NCBI GenBank assembly: GCA_022447205.1
Contig: JAKVBQ010000006.1
Coordinates: 7,186 to 71,185 of the forward strand
Length of the DNA: 64,000 bases
Direction of reading: 5' to 3'
From: Phycisphaerales bacterium
Lineage (GTDB): Bacteria; Planctomycetota; Phycisphaerae; Phycisphaerales; SM1A02
Part shown: piece after piece, positions 46,212 through 55,535 of the stretch
Layout: every line of letters begins with the position of its first letter
Position numbering within the stretch: position 1 is the stretch's first letter
Translations under genes and position numbers: made by a program
The notes under the pieces: generated by a model
Told to the model about the DNA's origin: nothing
What the model saw: only the letters and a program-made list of their open reading frames with translations
The model's database searches: none

Positions 46212-47174
46212 ATGACCCGCACCAGATCACTGCTCGGCCTGCTCGTGCTTCCCTGCCTCCTCACCGGCTGCGACCAGGGCGAAGCGAACGCACCGACCGG
46301 GAACAACGCCACGACCCGCCTCAAGCCGGAGGTCTTCGCGGTCAACTTCCCCCTCGCCTCCTTCGCCGAGGCGGTCGGTGGCGACCTGATCGACGTGAAG
46401 ACGCCTCGACTCGACGGAGCACCGATCACCAGCTTCAGTCCGTCCCCCGAGGAGATCATCAAGATCCAGGACGCCGACCTGATCCTGCTCAACGGAGCCG
46501 ACTTCTCCCCCTGGACCCAGCACGCGAGTCTCCCGGTCTCGAAGACCATCACGACGGCGCGACCATTCAAGTCACGCTGGATCGAATCGACCCACAGTCA
46601 CGACCACGACCACGACCACCAGCACGGACCGGAAGGCGACGGTGTCCATCACCACGCGCACTGGGCATCGTTCACCTGGCTTGACCCGACCAACGCCTAC
46701 GAACAGGCCAAGGTCGTCGGGGATCGGATCAGGACGCTCCTCGGGTCTCCGGACGAGGCGTACCAACGCCAGGTGGCGCTCACCAAGAGGCTCGACAACC
46801 TGATCGCGATCGGCAAGCGGATCCGGGATCTCGATCCCCCGACGATGATCGCCTCCGAGCCGCAGTACCAGTACCTCGCCGCCGGCTGCGGGATCGAAGT
46901 CCTGGACGCCGACTGGCACTGGAACGAACCCACCCCCCACGACGGCATGGACAGCCTTCGGGACCTGGTGACCGCCAGTGGAGCGAACCTGATCCTCGTG
47001 CCTTCCGAGCCGGATGCGGAACGCCGTGCCGTGCTCGAGGAGATGGGACTCGAACCGGTCGTCTTCCGACTGCTGGCCGATCCTGCCGAGGCAGAAGGCG
47101 AGTCCTTCGCGGATTGCTTCGAGGCGGACCTGAAGAACCTCGAAGCGATCTGTGGTGGTCAGTCGGCGGAATGA
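46212..47174 (+). CDS. ZnuA/TroA-type (cluster A-I) metal-binding lipoprotein with His-rich loop
   Basis: Lipobox LLTGC. Pattern DADLILLNGADFSPW. His-rich loop THSHDHDHDHQHGPEGDGVHHHAHW, typical of ZnuA-like zinc-binding proteins. Confidence 0.85.
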   Translation: MTRTRSLLGLLVLPCLLTGCDQGEANAPTGNNATTRLKPEVFAVNFPLASFAEAVGGDLIDVKTPRLDGAPITSFSPSPEEIIKIQDADLILLNGADFSPWTQHASLPVSKTITTARPFKSRWIESTHSHDHDHDHQHGPEGDGVHHHAHWASFTWLDPTNAYEQAKVVGDRIRTLLGSPDEAYQRQVALTKRLDNLIAIGKRIRDLDPPTMIASEPQYQYLAAGCGIEVLDADWHWNEPTPHDGMDSLRDLVTASGANLILVPSEPDAERRAVLEEMGLEPVVFRLLADPAEAEGESFADCFEADLKNLEAICGGQSAE

Positions 47175-48376
47175 ACGATGATCGCCCGGGTGGTCTTGCC
47201 CAGGCGGAGTCCGAACACGACCCAGGTGCATGACCCCGTCCCACGAAGACGTTTCGCCCAGCGGTCGACCTCCACCGCACCACCACGCGTGCGAACGATG
47301 ACCTCGCCCGCATCGTGGTCGCGCAGCCAGGATCTGATCGCCTTCTCGCGAAGCGGCAGGACCGCGGCGATCCGCCAGTCGGTGAACCATGGACTTCGAG
47401 CTGGTTCCCCTGCCTGCAGGAGACCAAGCCCCGGGGCGATCTCCTCGGGCACGACATCGAGTGCGCCAAGCACCTGATGACACAAGCCCGACCGTTCAAG
47501 GGCCGGTTCCGGTTCGATCAACCAGGCGCCTTCTTCGGGCAGCACCTCGGCAAGCGGGAGTTCGCCAGGCAGGCCGGACACCGTCAAGTCCTCGGGAAGC
47601 ATGGTCGCGGTGCGCTCGCCCGGATGTTCCGCGAGGGAACCGGTCCACAGGACCGACTGCACGAGGCGCCCCCCTTCCTGGATGAATTCGAGTTCACTGC
47701 CGTCCGGCCTCCCGGGCAGCGGCAGCGGAATGCCCGGCCCGAGCTTGCATGCCCCACCGCGAACCCCCTCGAGCAGCCCGAGCACATCATCAAGACGAGG
47801 TTCATAGGCATCGGGTGTCCAGGCACGCCGACCGGTGGTGCCATCCCGACGTGCAGGATCGATGTGCACGTGGTCGGGCAGGTCGTCCATCCCGAGGACA
47901 TCCGCGACCAGGTGTGGACACCCGGCATTGGCACCCGCCATCCACGCTCGAACCGGATCCAGGTCGACCGCCAGAAGATCCCCACCACGAGCGAGGGCCA
48001 TCGCATCACCACCGATTCCACAACAGAGATCGGCGATCGAGGTGGCACCGGCCCGTTCGAATCGAAGCTGCTTCCAGTTCGCGGTGCGCATGGAACTCGC
48101 CTGTTCCAGCCCGGAGACATCGCACCACAATCGATCCCGTCCCGGGAACTTCACATGCGCTCGGGCGCGAGCACGTGCAAGTTCGACCGCCGCGGTGACC
48201 GCGGCAACCGGCCAGTCCCGTCTCAGTTGACCGATCACCGCCGGAGTCGGCTCGCCCGCTTCAAGGGCGGCAGCCACCAGGGGCGCCCCCTCGTCGGAGG
48301 CCAGCAGCTCCCACGCAGCCAATGAACTGAAAGTATCATCTGGTGCAGGTGGCACGGCCGATGAATCTCCGAGCAT
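47159..48376 (-). CDS. Class I SAM-dependent methyltransferase (with THUMP-like C-terminal region?)
   Basis: 405 aa from MLGDSSAV (ATG 48376). SAM motif I IADLCCGIGGDAMALA followed by LLAVDLD. The upstream part of the 639-aa track ORF overlaps the DUF308 gene on the opposite strand and is rejected. Confidence 0.7.
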   Translation of the reverse strand: MLGDSSAVPPAPDDTFSSLAAWELLASDEGAPLVAAALEAGEPTPAVIGQLRRDWPVAAVTAAVELARARARAHVKFPGRDRLWCDVSGLEQASSMRTANWKQLRFERAGATSIADLCCGIGGDAMALARGGDLLAVDLDPVRAWMAGANAGCPHLVADVLGMDDLPDHVHIDPARRDGTTGRRAWTPDAYEPRLDDVLGLLEGVRGGACKLGPGIPLPLPGRPDGSELEFIQEGGRLVQSVLWTGSLAEHPGERTATMLPEDLTVSGLPGELPLAEVLPEEGAWLIEPEPALERSGLCHQVLGALDVVPEEIAPGLGLLQAGEPARSPWFTDWRIAAVLPLREKAIRSWLRDHDAGEVIVRTRGGAVEVDRWAKRLRGTGSCTWVVFGLRLGKTTRAIIVHSAD

Positions 48377-48451
48377 GGGAACAGCCGGGAATCCGACGAT
48401 CCGGTCGGATCGACCAGGCTTCGCCGAAGTCAAGAAACGAGGAACGACCCC

Positions 48452-49003
48452 GTGACCGACATCGCCAGTGTACGACGTGAACTCGCCTCGAAGTGGTGGT
48501 TGTTCACCCTCGACGGACTGATCCTCGTGGTCATGGGCGGCCTGCTGGCCTGCACCCAGCTGGTCGCGGCGACCGCCTTCATCGAGATCGTGGGGATCAT
48601 GCTCCTCATCGGGGCGATCATCGGCATCTTCACCGCCGCCCAGGCCACCAGCGCCGGCAGCACCTCCGCGACCAGATGGATGCCCGCGATCATCGCTGCC
48701 GCGCTCGGCATCTTCCTGCTGGCCGACCCGACCGGATCGATCAAGGCCATCGCCTGGGTGTTCGGACTCGGCACCCTCCTGCTGGGCGCGCTCCAGCTCT
48801 CCGCCGGTCTCGGACTCGTGGGGCATCAGGCACGAGGTGTCTTCATCGTGCTGGGCCTGCTCGCACTGATCGCAGGGTTCATCATGATGTCGAACCCGTT
48901 GCTCACCGCATGGGTGCTCTCGATCTTCTTCGGCATCCAGTTCATCCTCACCGGACTCTTCAGGATCGGCATGGCCTCCAAGCTGCGTCGAATCAACGGC
49001 TGA
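48452..49003 (+). CDS. HdeD/DUF308-family membrane protein
   Basis: 183 aa with a GTG start. Six hydrophobic helices with the repeated DUF308 pattern (WWLFTLDGLILVVMGGLL...GIMLLIGAIIGIF...IFFGIQFILTGLFRI). Confidence 0.75.
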   Translation: MTDIASVRRELASKWWLFTLDGLILVVMGGLLACTQLVAATAFIEIVGIMLLIGAIIGIFTAAQATSAGSTSATRWMPAIIAAALGIFLLADPTGSIKAIAWVFGLGTLLLGALQLSAGLGLVGHQARGVFIVLGLLALIAGFIMMSNPLLTAWVLSIFFGIQFILTGLFRIGMASKLRRING

Positions 49004-49056
49004 CAGCCCGGGAATCGACACCGACCGCCCGGACGGGCGGGACAGGATGATGCGAC

Positions 49057-50526
49057 ATGCCTGACCAGGACAGGACACTTGCCGGAAACGAACATGACCA
49101 TGCGGCCCATGACCGCCTGGGACCGGCCAATTTCTGGAAGCGGATCGCGGTCACCGCGATCGCCGGACTCCTCATCGGGTTCGCGGCGTACTACTTCGTC
49201 CTCGCCGAGAACTGGGGCGACATGCTCATCAAGCGGCTGCAGGGCAAGGAACTGCTGCTGGGCATGGAGATCACCGGTTTCTGGACCTGGCTGCTGCCCG
49301 CGCTCTTCATAGCGTTCATGATGATGATGATCGTGGTGGTGCAGCGGAAGTTCTTCCCGGGCACGGAAGGCACCGGCATCCCGCAGGCGATCGCCGCGAT
49401 TCAGGTCGGGGATCGCAAGGAGCGATGCCTGATGCTCTCGCTCCGGATCGCGATCGGCAAGACCCTGCTCCTCACCGCCGCCCTGATCAGTGGCATCACC
49501 GTCGGCCGAGAGGGACCATCGGTCCATGTCGGCGCCTGCCTGATGCACCTGTGCACGAGGGTCACCCGGCTGCCACCCTTCCTCGTCCAGCGCGGCCTGA
49601 TCCTCGCGGGCTCGGCGGCCGGCATCGCAGCTGCGTTCAACACGCCGATCGCGGGCGTGATCTTCTGTTTCGAGGAAGTCGGCCGGATGTTCGACAAGAA
49701 GAGCGTCGCCTGCATCATCCAGACGGTTGCTCTGGCCTGTGGTGTCGGCGTCTTCTTCCTCGGCGACTACATGTTCTACACCGATGCCAACATCGGAGCC
49801 CGACTGCCTCTCGGCTTCCCGGAAGAAGGTGGATTCCCCGCCTTCATCCACGACCTCAGGCAGTGGATCGCGGTTCCCATCGTGGGGATCGTCGGTGGCT
49901 TCCTCGGTGGTTGGTTCGGACGGGGTGTCGTCACCACCAGCCGGTTCACGGGACCGCGCCTGGCAAAGCATCCATGGATCATGGGGGCACTCCTCGGAAT
50001 CACCCTCGCGGTGATCGCGATCGCGTCCTTCGGCGTGAGCTACGGTGGTGGCTACGACCAGGCCAAGACGATGCTCATCGAAGCCAGTCCCATGGCGGGC
50101 GGCGCAACCACCGTGGAGTGGTATTACCCGTTCGCCAAGGCGGGCGCGAGTTTCGTGAGCCTCGTCAGTGGCATTCCCGGGGGACTCTTCGATCCCAGCC
50201 TCGCCGTCGGTGCCTCGCTCGGCCAGGTGACGTACCCGCTCTTCAACAACGACTTCGTCGCGCCGGGCATCGGGCTTCCGGAACTCATGATGCTCTTCAT
50301 GGCCGCCTACTTCGCAGGCGTGGTGCAGAGCCCGATCACGGTCTTCGCGATCATGTTCGAGATGACCGGCGCCTACGGCATGATCCTTCCGCTCATGTTC
50401 GCCGCGATGATCGGGGCGAGGGTCGCGGGCAGGATCTGCGAACCGTCGATCTACGAGGCACTCGCGGTCCAGTTCATGAAGGCGAAGGGGATCACGCTCA
50501 CCCCGGACAAGAAGTCCGATGGATGA
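49057..50526 (+). CDS. ClC-family voltage-gated chloride channel / H+-Cl- exchanger
   Basis: 489 aa with ClC selectivity and gating motifs GTGIP, GREGPSVHVGA and GIPGGLFDPSLAVGA. Confidence 0.9.
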   Translation: MPDQDRTLAGNEHDHAAHDRLGPANFWKRIAVTAIAGLLIGFAAYYFVLAENWGDMLIKRLQGKELLLGMEITGFWTWLLPALFIAFMMMMIVVVQRKFFPGTEGTGIPQAIAAIQVGDRKERCLMLSLRIAIGKTLLLTAALISGITVGREGPSVHVGACLMHLCTRVTRLPPFLVQRGLILAGSAAGIAAAFNTPIAGVIFCFEEVGRMFDKKSVACIIQTVALACGVGVFFLGDYMFYTDANIGARLPLGFPEEGGFPAFIHDLRQWIAVPIVGIVGGFLGGWFGRGVVTTSRFTGPRLAKHPWIMGALLGITLAVIAIASFGVSYGGGYDQAKTMLIEASPMAGGATTVEWYYPFAKAGASFVSLVSGIPGGLFDPSLAVGASLGQVTYPLFNNDFVAPGIGLPELMMLFMAAYFAGVVQSPITVFAIMFEMTGAYGMILPLMFAAMIGARVAGRICEPSIYEALAVQFMKAKGITLTPDKKSDG

Positions 50527-51187
50527 CCTCTCCGGGGTCATCTGGGTGATCCTGGCGCTCGGGTCGGGCACGCTCCTGATTCACGCCGCAGTCAACGCAC
50601 CAGTTCATGCCCGAGCCATGACGATCGGCTCGATCATCGCCCTCGTGATCACGACCATCGCCAGCATCGACCGGGGCGAGTCGACACCGGCAGGCGTGAT
50701 CGCACTGCTGTGCGCGACCGCGCTGCTCATCCATGCCTGGAGGAAACGGAACGAACCCGACCCGATCGGATCGGGACGCACCATGCTGGTCGGTGTCATC
50801 ACCGCGGGGATCGGAGTCGGTGCACTCGTCACCTCACCATCGCCGAACCGAGGCAAGGATTCCGACGGGAACCCGATCGTCGTCTTCGACATGGACTCAC
50901 GTCGCGCGGAACTCCTTGCGATCATCGATGCGGCCACCGCGGATCTCGATCTCATTCTGGAACGGGATCTCCCGACACGCGAACAGCAGGCCCGTGAATC
51001 CGGAGACTGGGAGCGGCTCGAAACACTCAGCAGGATCCGGGAACGTCTGAGCCGGGAACGCACCGGACTGGCGGACCTGTCGAGGAAGATCGTGGTCCCC
51101 GGCGAGACCATGCCGACAGCGGACTCGATCAGGTCGCGCCTTGACGGCATCGAACGACTGGTCGGTGCGGTCCGCCTGAGGGACTGA
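50519..51187 (+). CDS. Hypothetical membrane protein with C-terminal helical soluble region
   Basis: 222 aa. It overlaps the ClC stop by 8 nt. There are about 4 N-terminal TM helices, then a charged, helix-prone tail. Confidence 0.5.
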   Translation: MDDLSGVIWVILALGSGTLLIHAAVNAPVHARAMTIGSIIALVITTIASIDRGESTPAGVIALLCATALLIHAWRKRNEPDPIGSGRTMLVGVITAGIGVGALVTSPSPNRGKDSDGNPIVVFDMDSRRAELLAIIDAATADLDLILERDLPTREQQARESGDWERLETLSRIRERLSRERTGLADLSRKIVVPGETMPTADSIRSRLDGIERLVGAVRLRD

Positions 51188-51341
51188 AGTCCCAGAACAG
51201 GCTCCATACGACCACCCCTCCAGAGCCTCTCAGGGCCACAACCTGGCAAAAAACTCGCCAAGGTCACGATTCTCTCTGGCTGTTCCGACCCCAACGGCAA
51301 CAATCAGGCAAGGCCGGGATGACACACAGAGGATTTCGAGA

Positions 51342-52538
51342 ATGACACCGATGTTGCGAACACTGATTCGGTCAGGTCGTGAACAAGCCTGCGTTGTGGT
51401 CTGCCTCCTGGCCGGCACCATGTTCCTGACCGCGCCCACGTCCGCCTCCGAACATCTTGGACGGGACTGGGAGGGCGATGCCAAGGAGGATGCCGGAGAC
51501 AAGCCCGGTACCGCACAGAAGGTCATCATCGACACCTCGACACAGGTGAAGACGATTGCAGGCGAGCTCAAGGGCGACTCGGAAGGTCTTGCCGGTGATC
51601 CCGGGGACTATCAGGATTGCTACAAGGTGGTGATCAAGAACCCCGGCACCTTCGTGATCTCGACACTGCCGCCGCTGGGCAGTTCGACCTTCGACACCCT
51701 TCTGGGCGTCTACGACGAATCCGGCAGGGCGCTGCTCGCCAACGATGACGGTGAACAGGGTGCCCTGGGTTCACGAGTCGGCTCGCAGTCATCCAGCGGC
51801 AAGTTCGTCATCGACCAACCCGGAACGATCATCATCTCGGTCAGTGGCGCACAGTCTCGACCGATCACCGAAGACGGCCTCCCCGTCTTCGCCTTCAGCG
51901 ACAACCCGCTGGAGGTCGTCGGTCCGAGTCAGGCCGGACTGGCCAAGCCCTTCGCCGGATGGGACCAGCCCGGGCAGGTCGGCTTCTACGTGGTCGAACT
52001 CACCTCGGTCTCGCCGATCCCCTCCTCCTGCGCCGTCGAGAACACCGAAGACTGCTTCATGATCCACGCCACCCCCTACTGCGACGACTCGGCCTGCTGC
52101 GAAGCCACCTGTGCCGTCGAGCCCTTCTGCTGTGAAGTGACCTGGGACGCGACCTGCGCCTCGGTCGCCAGCTTCCTCTGTGGCGATGGCGAAGGCGGAT
52201 GCGGTTCCGAGGCAGCGGAAAGTTGTCGGGATGCGCACAACACCCCCTATTGCGATGACCCGGTCTGCTGTGCGATCGTCTGCGAAGAACTTCCGGAGTG
52301 CTGCAGCATCGAGTGGGACCAGTCGTGCGTCGATCTCGCGAACAACATCTGCCCGCCCCCCTGTAACTTCGACTGCCCCGCGGACCTCGATTTCAGCGGT
52401 TTCGTCGATGGCGCGGACTTGAGCATGCTGCTTGCGAAGTGGGGACAGCCGGGCTGTCAGGACCTCAACGGCAACGGGACGACGGACGGTGCGGACATCG
52501 CCATCCTGCTCGGCTCCTGGGGCGCCTGCAAGAAGTGA
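51342..52538 (+). CDS. Secreted protein: pre-peptidase C-terminal (PPC)-like domain, two Cys-rich repeats, twin dockerin-like C-terminal module
   Basis: Signal-like N-terminus. The DCYKVVIKNPGTFVISTL...DTLLGVYDESG...LANDD pattern matches PPC/bacterial pre-peptidase domains. Two repeats of TPYCDDxxCCxxxCxxxPxCCxxxWDxxC follow. The C-terminus is DLDFSGFVDGADLSMLLAKWG...DLNGNGTTDGADIAILLGSWGACKK. Confidence 0.75.
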   Translation: MTPMLRTLIRSGREQACVVVCLLAGTMFLTAPTSASEHLGRDWEGDAKEDAGDKPGTAQKVIIDTSTQVKTIAGELKGDSEGLAGDPGDYQDCYKVVIKNPGTFVISTLPPLGSSTFDTLLGVYDESGRALLANDDGEQGALGSRVGSQSSSGKFVIDQPGTIIISVSGAQSRPITEDGLPVFAFSDNPLEVVGPSQAGLAKPFAGWDQPGQVGFYVVELTSVSPIPSSCAVENTEDCFMIHATPYCDDSACCEATCAVEPFCCEVTWDATCASVASFLCGDGEGGCGSEAAESCRDAHNTPYCDDPVCCAIVCEELPECCSIEWDQSCVDLANNICPPPCNFDCPADLDFSGFVDGADLSMLLAKWGQPGCQDLNGNGTTDGADIAILLGSWGACKK

Positions 52539-52577
52539 TGCGTCAACCCGGATCGGCATGACCTCGAAGCCGGTTGT

Positions 52578-54860
52578 TCAGGGCGTGGCCTGCAGCAGGT
52601 CGGCCTGTTCCGATGCCTCTCGTGCCCGGCCCCTCGATGCCTCGGATTCCATGGACATGCCACGAGCATCCTGGACGTCGGCGAGCAACGACAGGGTCTC
52701 CACGAGTTCGAGCCAGGACGCGGCCGTCATCCGTTCCCTGGCAAGTCGTTCCTGGATGTCGATGACGGTCCCGAGTTCGAGTGAGAGTTCCTCGAGCCCG
52801 CGTTCAAGCACCAGGCGGGATCGTGCCCTGTCGATCCGGACCGCAAGCACCTCGTCCGATTCCGGTCCCTTGCTGGACAGGATGCGGATCGCCTCGTCGA
52901 ACCGATCGACCGCGGAATCATGCCGACCAAGTCGTGACAACTGGGCACCGATCGAACGTTCCGATCGCCCGAGTCGATAGTCGTTGGGAGCGGTATCCAA
53001 TCGAATCATCAGGCCCGCCGTCCTGAACATCTCGAGGGCCTTCTCCTGCAGCTCCCTGCCACCAGCCGGATCCCCCTCCTCCATGGCCTGGAGTGCCCGT
53101 TCGTTCTCGAGCCAGGCACGACTGTTCAAGAGGCGCGCGGCTCGCTCGCCATCGAAGAGCTTGAGTGAACGCAGGACCCGCTCCGCCTCGTCGAAGTAAC
53201 CGACGGACGCCTCGAAATCCTTCAACTTGCGGGTGCATGCACCAAGATGCTGCAGCGTCATGGCGACATCTGGATGGTCGCCCAGTGCCGTCTTGCGGAG
53301 ATCGTAGGCCATTGAATAGTGATCGAAGGCCCTGTCATGATCACGCTTGTCCATCCAGACCCGGCCGAGATTGTGGTGCGCCTCGCCACGCTCCTTGGGA
53401 TCCGAACCGGCACGGAGCTCGAGCACCTGCTCGAGGATCTCGTGCGCCCGATCGATCTTGTCGAAGCTGAGATGGATCAGGCCGACCGCGGTCAGGATCG
53501 TCGATGCGACTTCCGGCTGGTCCTGGTACTGCGCCTGCACCTTCTGGTCCATCAACTCGATGGCCTGACTGACGCGCATGTCCTCGGTCCCCTGACCGGT
53601 GTAGAAGTTGAAGAGGCCGATGAAGTCCGCGAGGGCCGCGAGTCGTTCCTCGGCGAGCACCTGCTTCGCCTCCGCCCTTGTGGCGAGCACCGCGAATCCG
53701 ATCGCCGAGCCGATGGACAGGAGAAGGATGAGCACCGCAGCGACGAAGGGAAGCTTGTGACGACGAACCAGCCGACCCATGACGTAGGCGGTGCTGTCCG
53801 CACGAGCGATGATCGGCCTGCCATCCAGGTGGCGGCGAAGATCCTCCTCGAGTTCCGCAGCGGAACCGTATCGTCGTTCAGGTTCGACCGAGAGGGCCTT
53901 GAGGCAGATGACGTCGAGATCACGGTCCACATCGGGGCGGTGCTGGGATGGAGGCTGTGGAATCCTTCCGACCCGGTTCTGCACGAGTTCGGCCAGCGAA
54001 CTGCCCATGTCGAAGGGGCGCTCCCCCGTCAACAGTTCGTAGAGGAGGATGCCGAGAGCGAACACATCGGTCCGAACGTCGATCCGATCCGGATTGCCTT
54101 CAAGCTGCTCCGGCGCGGCATAGGCGAAGGTGCCGAGGAACTCCCCGGCCATCGTCGCCAGTCGTTCAGGATCGTCCCCTTCGGCATCGGTGACACGTGC
54201 GAGGCCGAAGTCGAGGACGTGAGGCTTGTTCTCCTCGTCGACGAGGATGTTCCCCGGCTTCAGATCACGGTGGATGATGCCCCGCCCATGCGCGAACCTG
54301 ACCGCTTCACAGACGTCGGCGAAGAGACGGACTCGCTCCCGCACCGAGGGTTGGATCGCACGTTCCCACTGGTCGAGGGTGGTGCCTCGAACGAACTCCA
54401 TGGCGAAGTAGATCTCTCCACCTCGGGCCAGTCCGCTTTCATAGAGGGTGACGATGCCTGGATGCTGGAGGCCGGCGATGACCTCGACCTCGCGCTCGAA
54501 TCTCTGACGCTGCTTCGAGGTCGCGAATCGTCCCTGCAGGAGCATCTTGATCGCGACGGTCCTTCGTGTCGAGATCTGCTCCGCCTCGTAGATGATCCCC
54601 TGTCCACCACGGTGGATCTCGTGGAAGATCTCGTAACCCTCGACCTCGTGCTCCTGACCTCCTCGGGACCGGATCTCATCGATGTTCGCGCCGAGGAACT
54701 CCCCGAGGAAATCGTTCTCGGATCGGATCTTGTCGAGGGCAGCGCGACAGATCGAACATGAAGAGAGATGTGCCGAGACATCTTCATCGACCGTGATGCC
54801 GGCAGCGACCTGTTGGAGGAAGTCGTGCTCGAGACAGGGACCCGTCGATTCACTGGTCAT
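52578..54860 (-). CDS. Ser/Thr protein kinase with N-terminal zf-HC2-like segment, one TM and C-terminal TPR repeats
   Basis: The start is placed at MTSESTGPC (ATG 54860), overlapping the sigma-factor stop by 11 nt. Kinase motifs GGQGIIYEA...VAIK, HRDLKPGNILV, DFGLA and APEQ are present. A TM segment (LPFVAAVLILLLSIGSAIGFAVL) is followed by a TPR-like region of roughly 370 aa. Confidence 0.88.
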   Translation of the reverse strand: MTSESTGPCLEHDFLQQVAAGITVDEDVSAHLSSCSICRAALDKIRSENDFLGEFLGANIDEIRSRGGQEHEVEGYEIFHEIHRGGQGIIYEAEQISTRRTVAIKMLLQGRFATSKQRQRFEREVEVIAGLQHPGIVTLYESGLARGGEIYFAMEFVRGTTLDQWERAIQPSVRERVRLFADVCEAVRFAHGRGIIHRDLKPGNILVDEENKPHVLDFGLARVTDAEGDDPERLATMAGEFLGTFAYAAPEQLEGNPDRIDVRTDVFALGILLYELLTGERPFDMGSSLAELVQNRVGRIPQPPSQHRPDVDRDLDVICLKALSVEPERRYGSAAELEEDLRRHLDGRPIIARADSTAYVMGRLVRRHKLPFVAAVLILLLSIGSAIGFAVLATRAEAKQVLAEERLAALADFIGLFNFYTGQGTEDMRVSQAIELMDQKVQAQYQDQPEVASTILTAVGLIHLSFDKIDRAHEILEQVLELRAGSDPKERGEAHHNLGRVWMDKRDHDRAFDHYSMAYDLRKTALGDHPDVAMTLQHLGACTRKLKDFEASVGYFDEAERVLRSLKLFDGERAARLLNSRAWLENERALQAMEEGDPAGGRELQEKALEMFRTAGLMIRLDTAPNDYRLGRSERSIGAQLSRLGRHDSAVDRFDEAIRILSSKGPESDEVLAVRIDRARSRLVLERGLEELSLELGTVIDIQERLARERMTAASWLELVETLSLLADVQDARGMSMESEASRGRAREASEQADLLQATP

Positions 54861-55449
54861 CGTCGTACTCGGACTCGATGCGTTCGACGATCTTCCGAAG
54901 ACGCTGTGCCACCCTGCTCTTGGCCAGGTAGACGTCATGCACGCTGACTCCGTGCTCCTCGGCCACCGCCTGCGGCGTCATCGAGTGCACCATGAGCATC
55001 TCGAAGATCTTGATCGTCCTGGGGTCGGTCTTCGAGCTCTCGTTCAACTCCGACATCGCGGCACGGAGGACCGCTCGCCGTCGTTCATCCTCCCAGACCT
55101 GGCTGAGGTGCTTCTTGTCATCGAGATCGACGATCGCGGATTCCCCGGCCAGCTGGAACTTGCCGGCACGCCGACGCCTGAGATCGAGGATCCGGTAGCG
55201 GGCGATGCCGACCAGCCATGCACCGAGCCGCCCCTTCTCACGGTCGTAGCGACCATCCCGGTATTCGGCCAGGAAGCGTGCAAGCGTCTCCTGGGCGATG
55301 TCCGCGGCATCCTGTTCACCAAGACCGAGGTTGTGCGCGAACCCGATGAGGATGGGGCGATAGCGACGATCGAAGACCTCCCAGATCTCGGTGTTGTCCG
55401 CATCATGCAGAGCTTCGAGCATCGCTGTCGTGGTTCTGGTGACGTTCAT
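54850..55449 (-). CDS. ECF-type RNA polymerase sigma factor (kinase-associated type)
   Basis: 199 aa. Region 2 (DAADIAQETLARFL...LGAWLVGIARYRILDLRRR) and region 4 (MLMVHSMTPQAVAEEHGVSVHDVYLAKSRVAQRL). It is translationally coupled to the downstream Ser/Thr kinase. Confidence 0.88.
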   Translation of the reverse strand: MNVTRTTTAMLEALHDADNTEIWEVFDRRYRPILIGFAHNLGLGEQDAADIAQETLARFLAEYRDGRYDREKGRLGAWLVGIARYRILDLRRRRAGKFQLAGESAIVDLDDKKHLSQVWEDERRRAVLRAAMSELNESSKTDPRTIKIFEMLMVHSMTPQAVAEEHGVSVHDVYLAKSRVAQRLRKIVERIESEYDDDQ

Positions 55450-55535
55450 CGGATGGTCGTCTCTCCCTGATCGGCGCTTCCGTACGCCTACAGTCTGGTC
55501 GCGATCCCGCCGCGTGGCAAGGGGGAAGCCGCCGT

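Noticed and set aside
46596-46625. Short tandem CACGAC repeats
   Set aside because: They lie within the ZnuA-like gene and encode its His/Asp-rich loop (HSHDHDHDHQH). They are coding low-complexity sequence, not a CRISPR array or an intergenic repeat.
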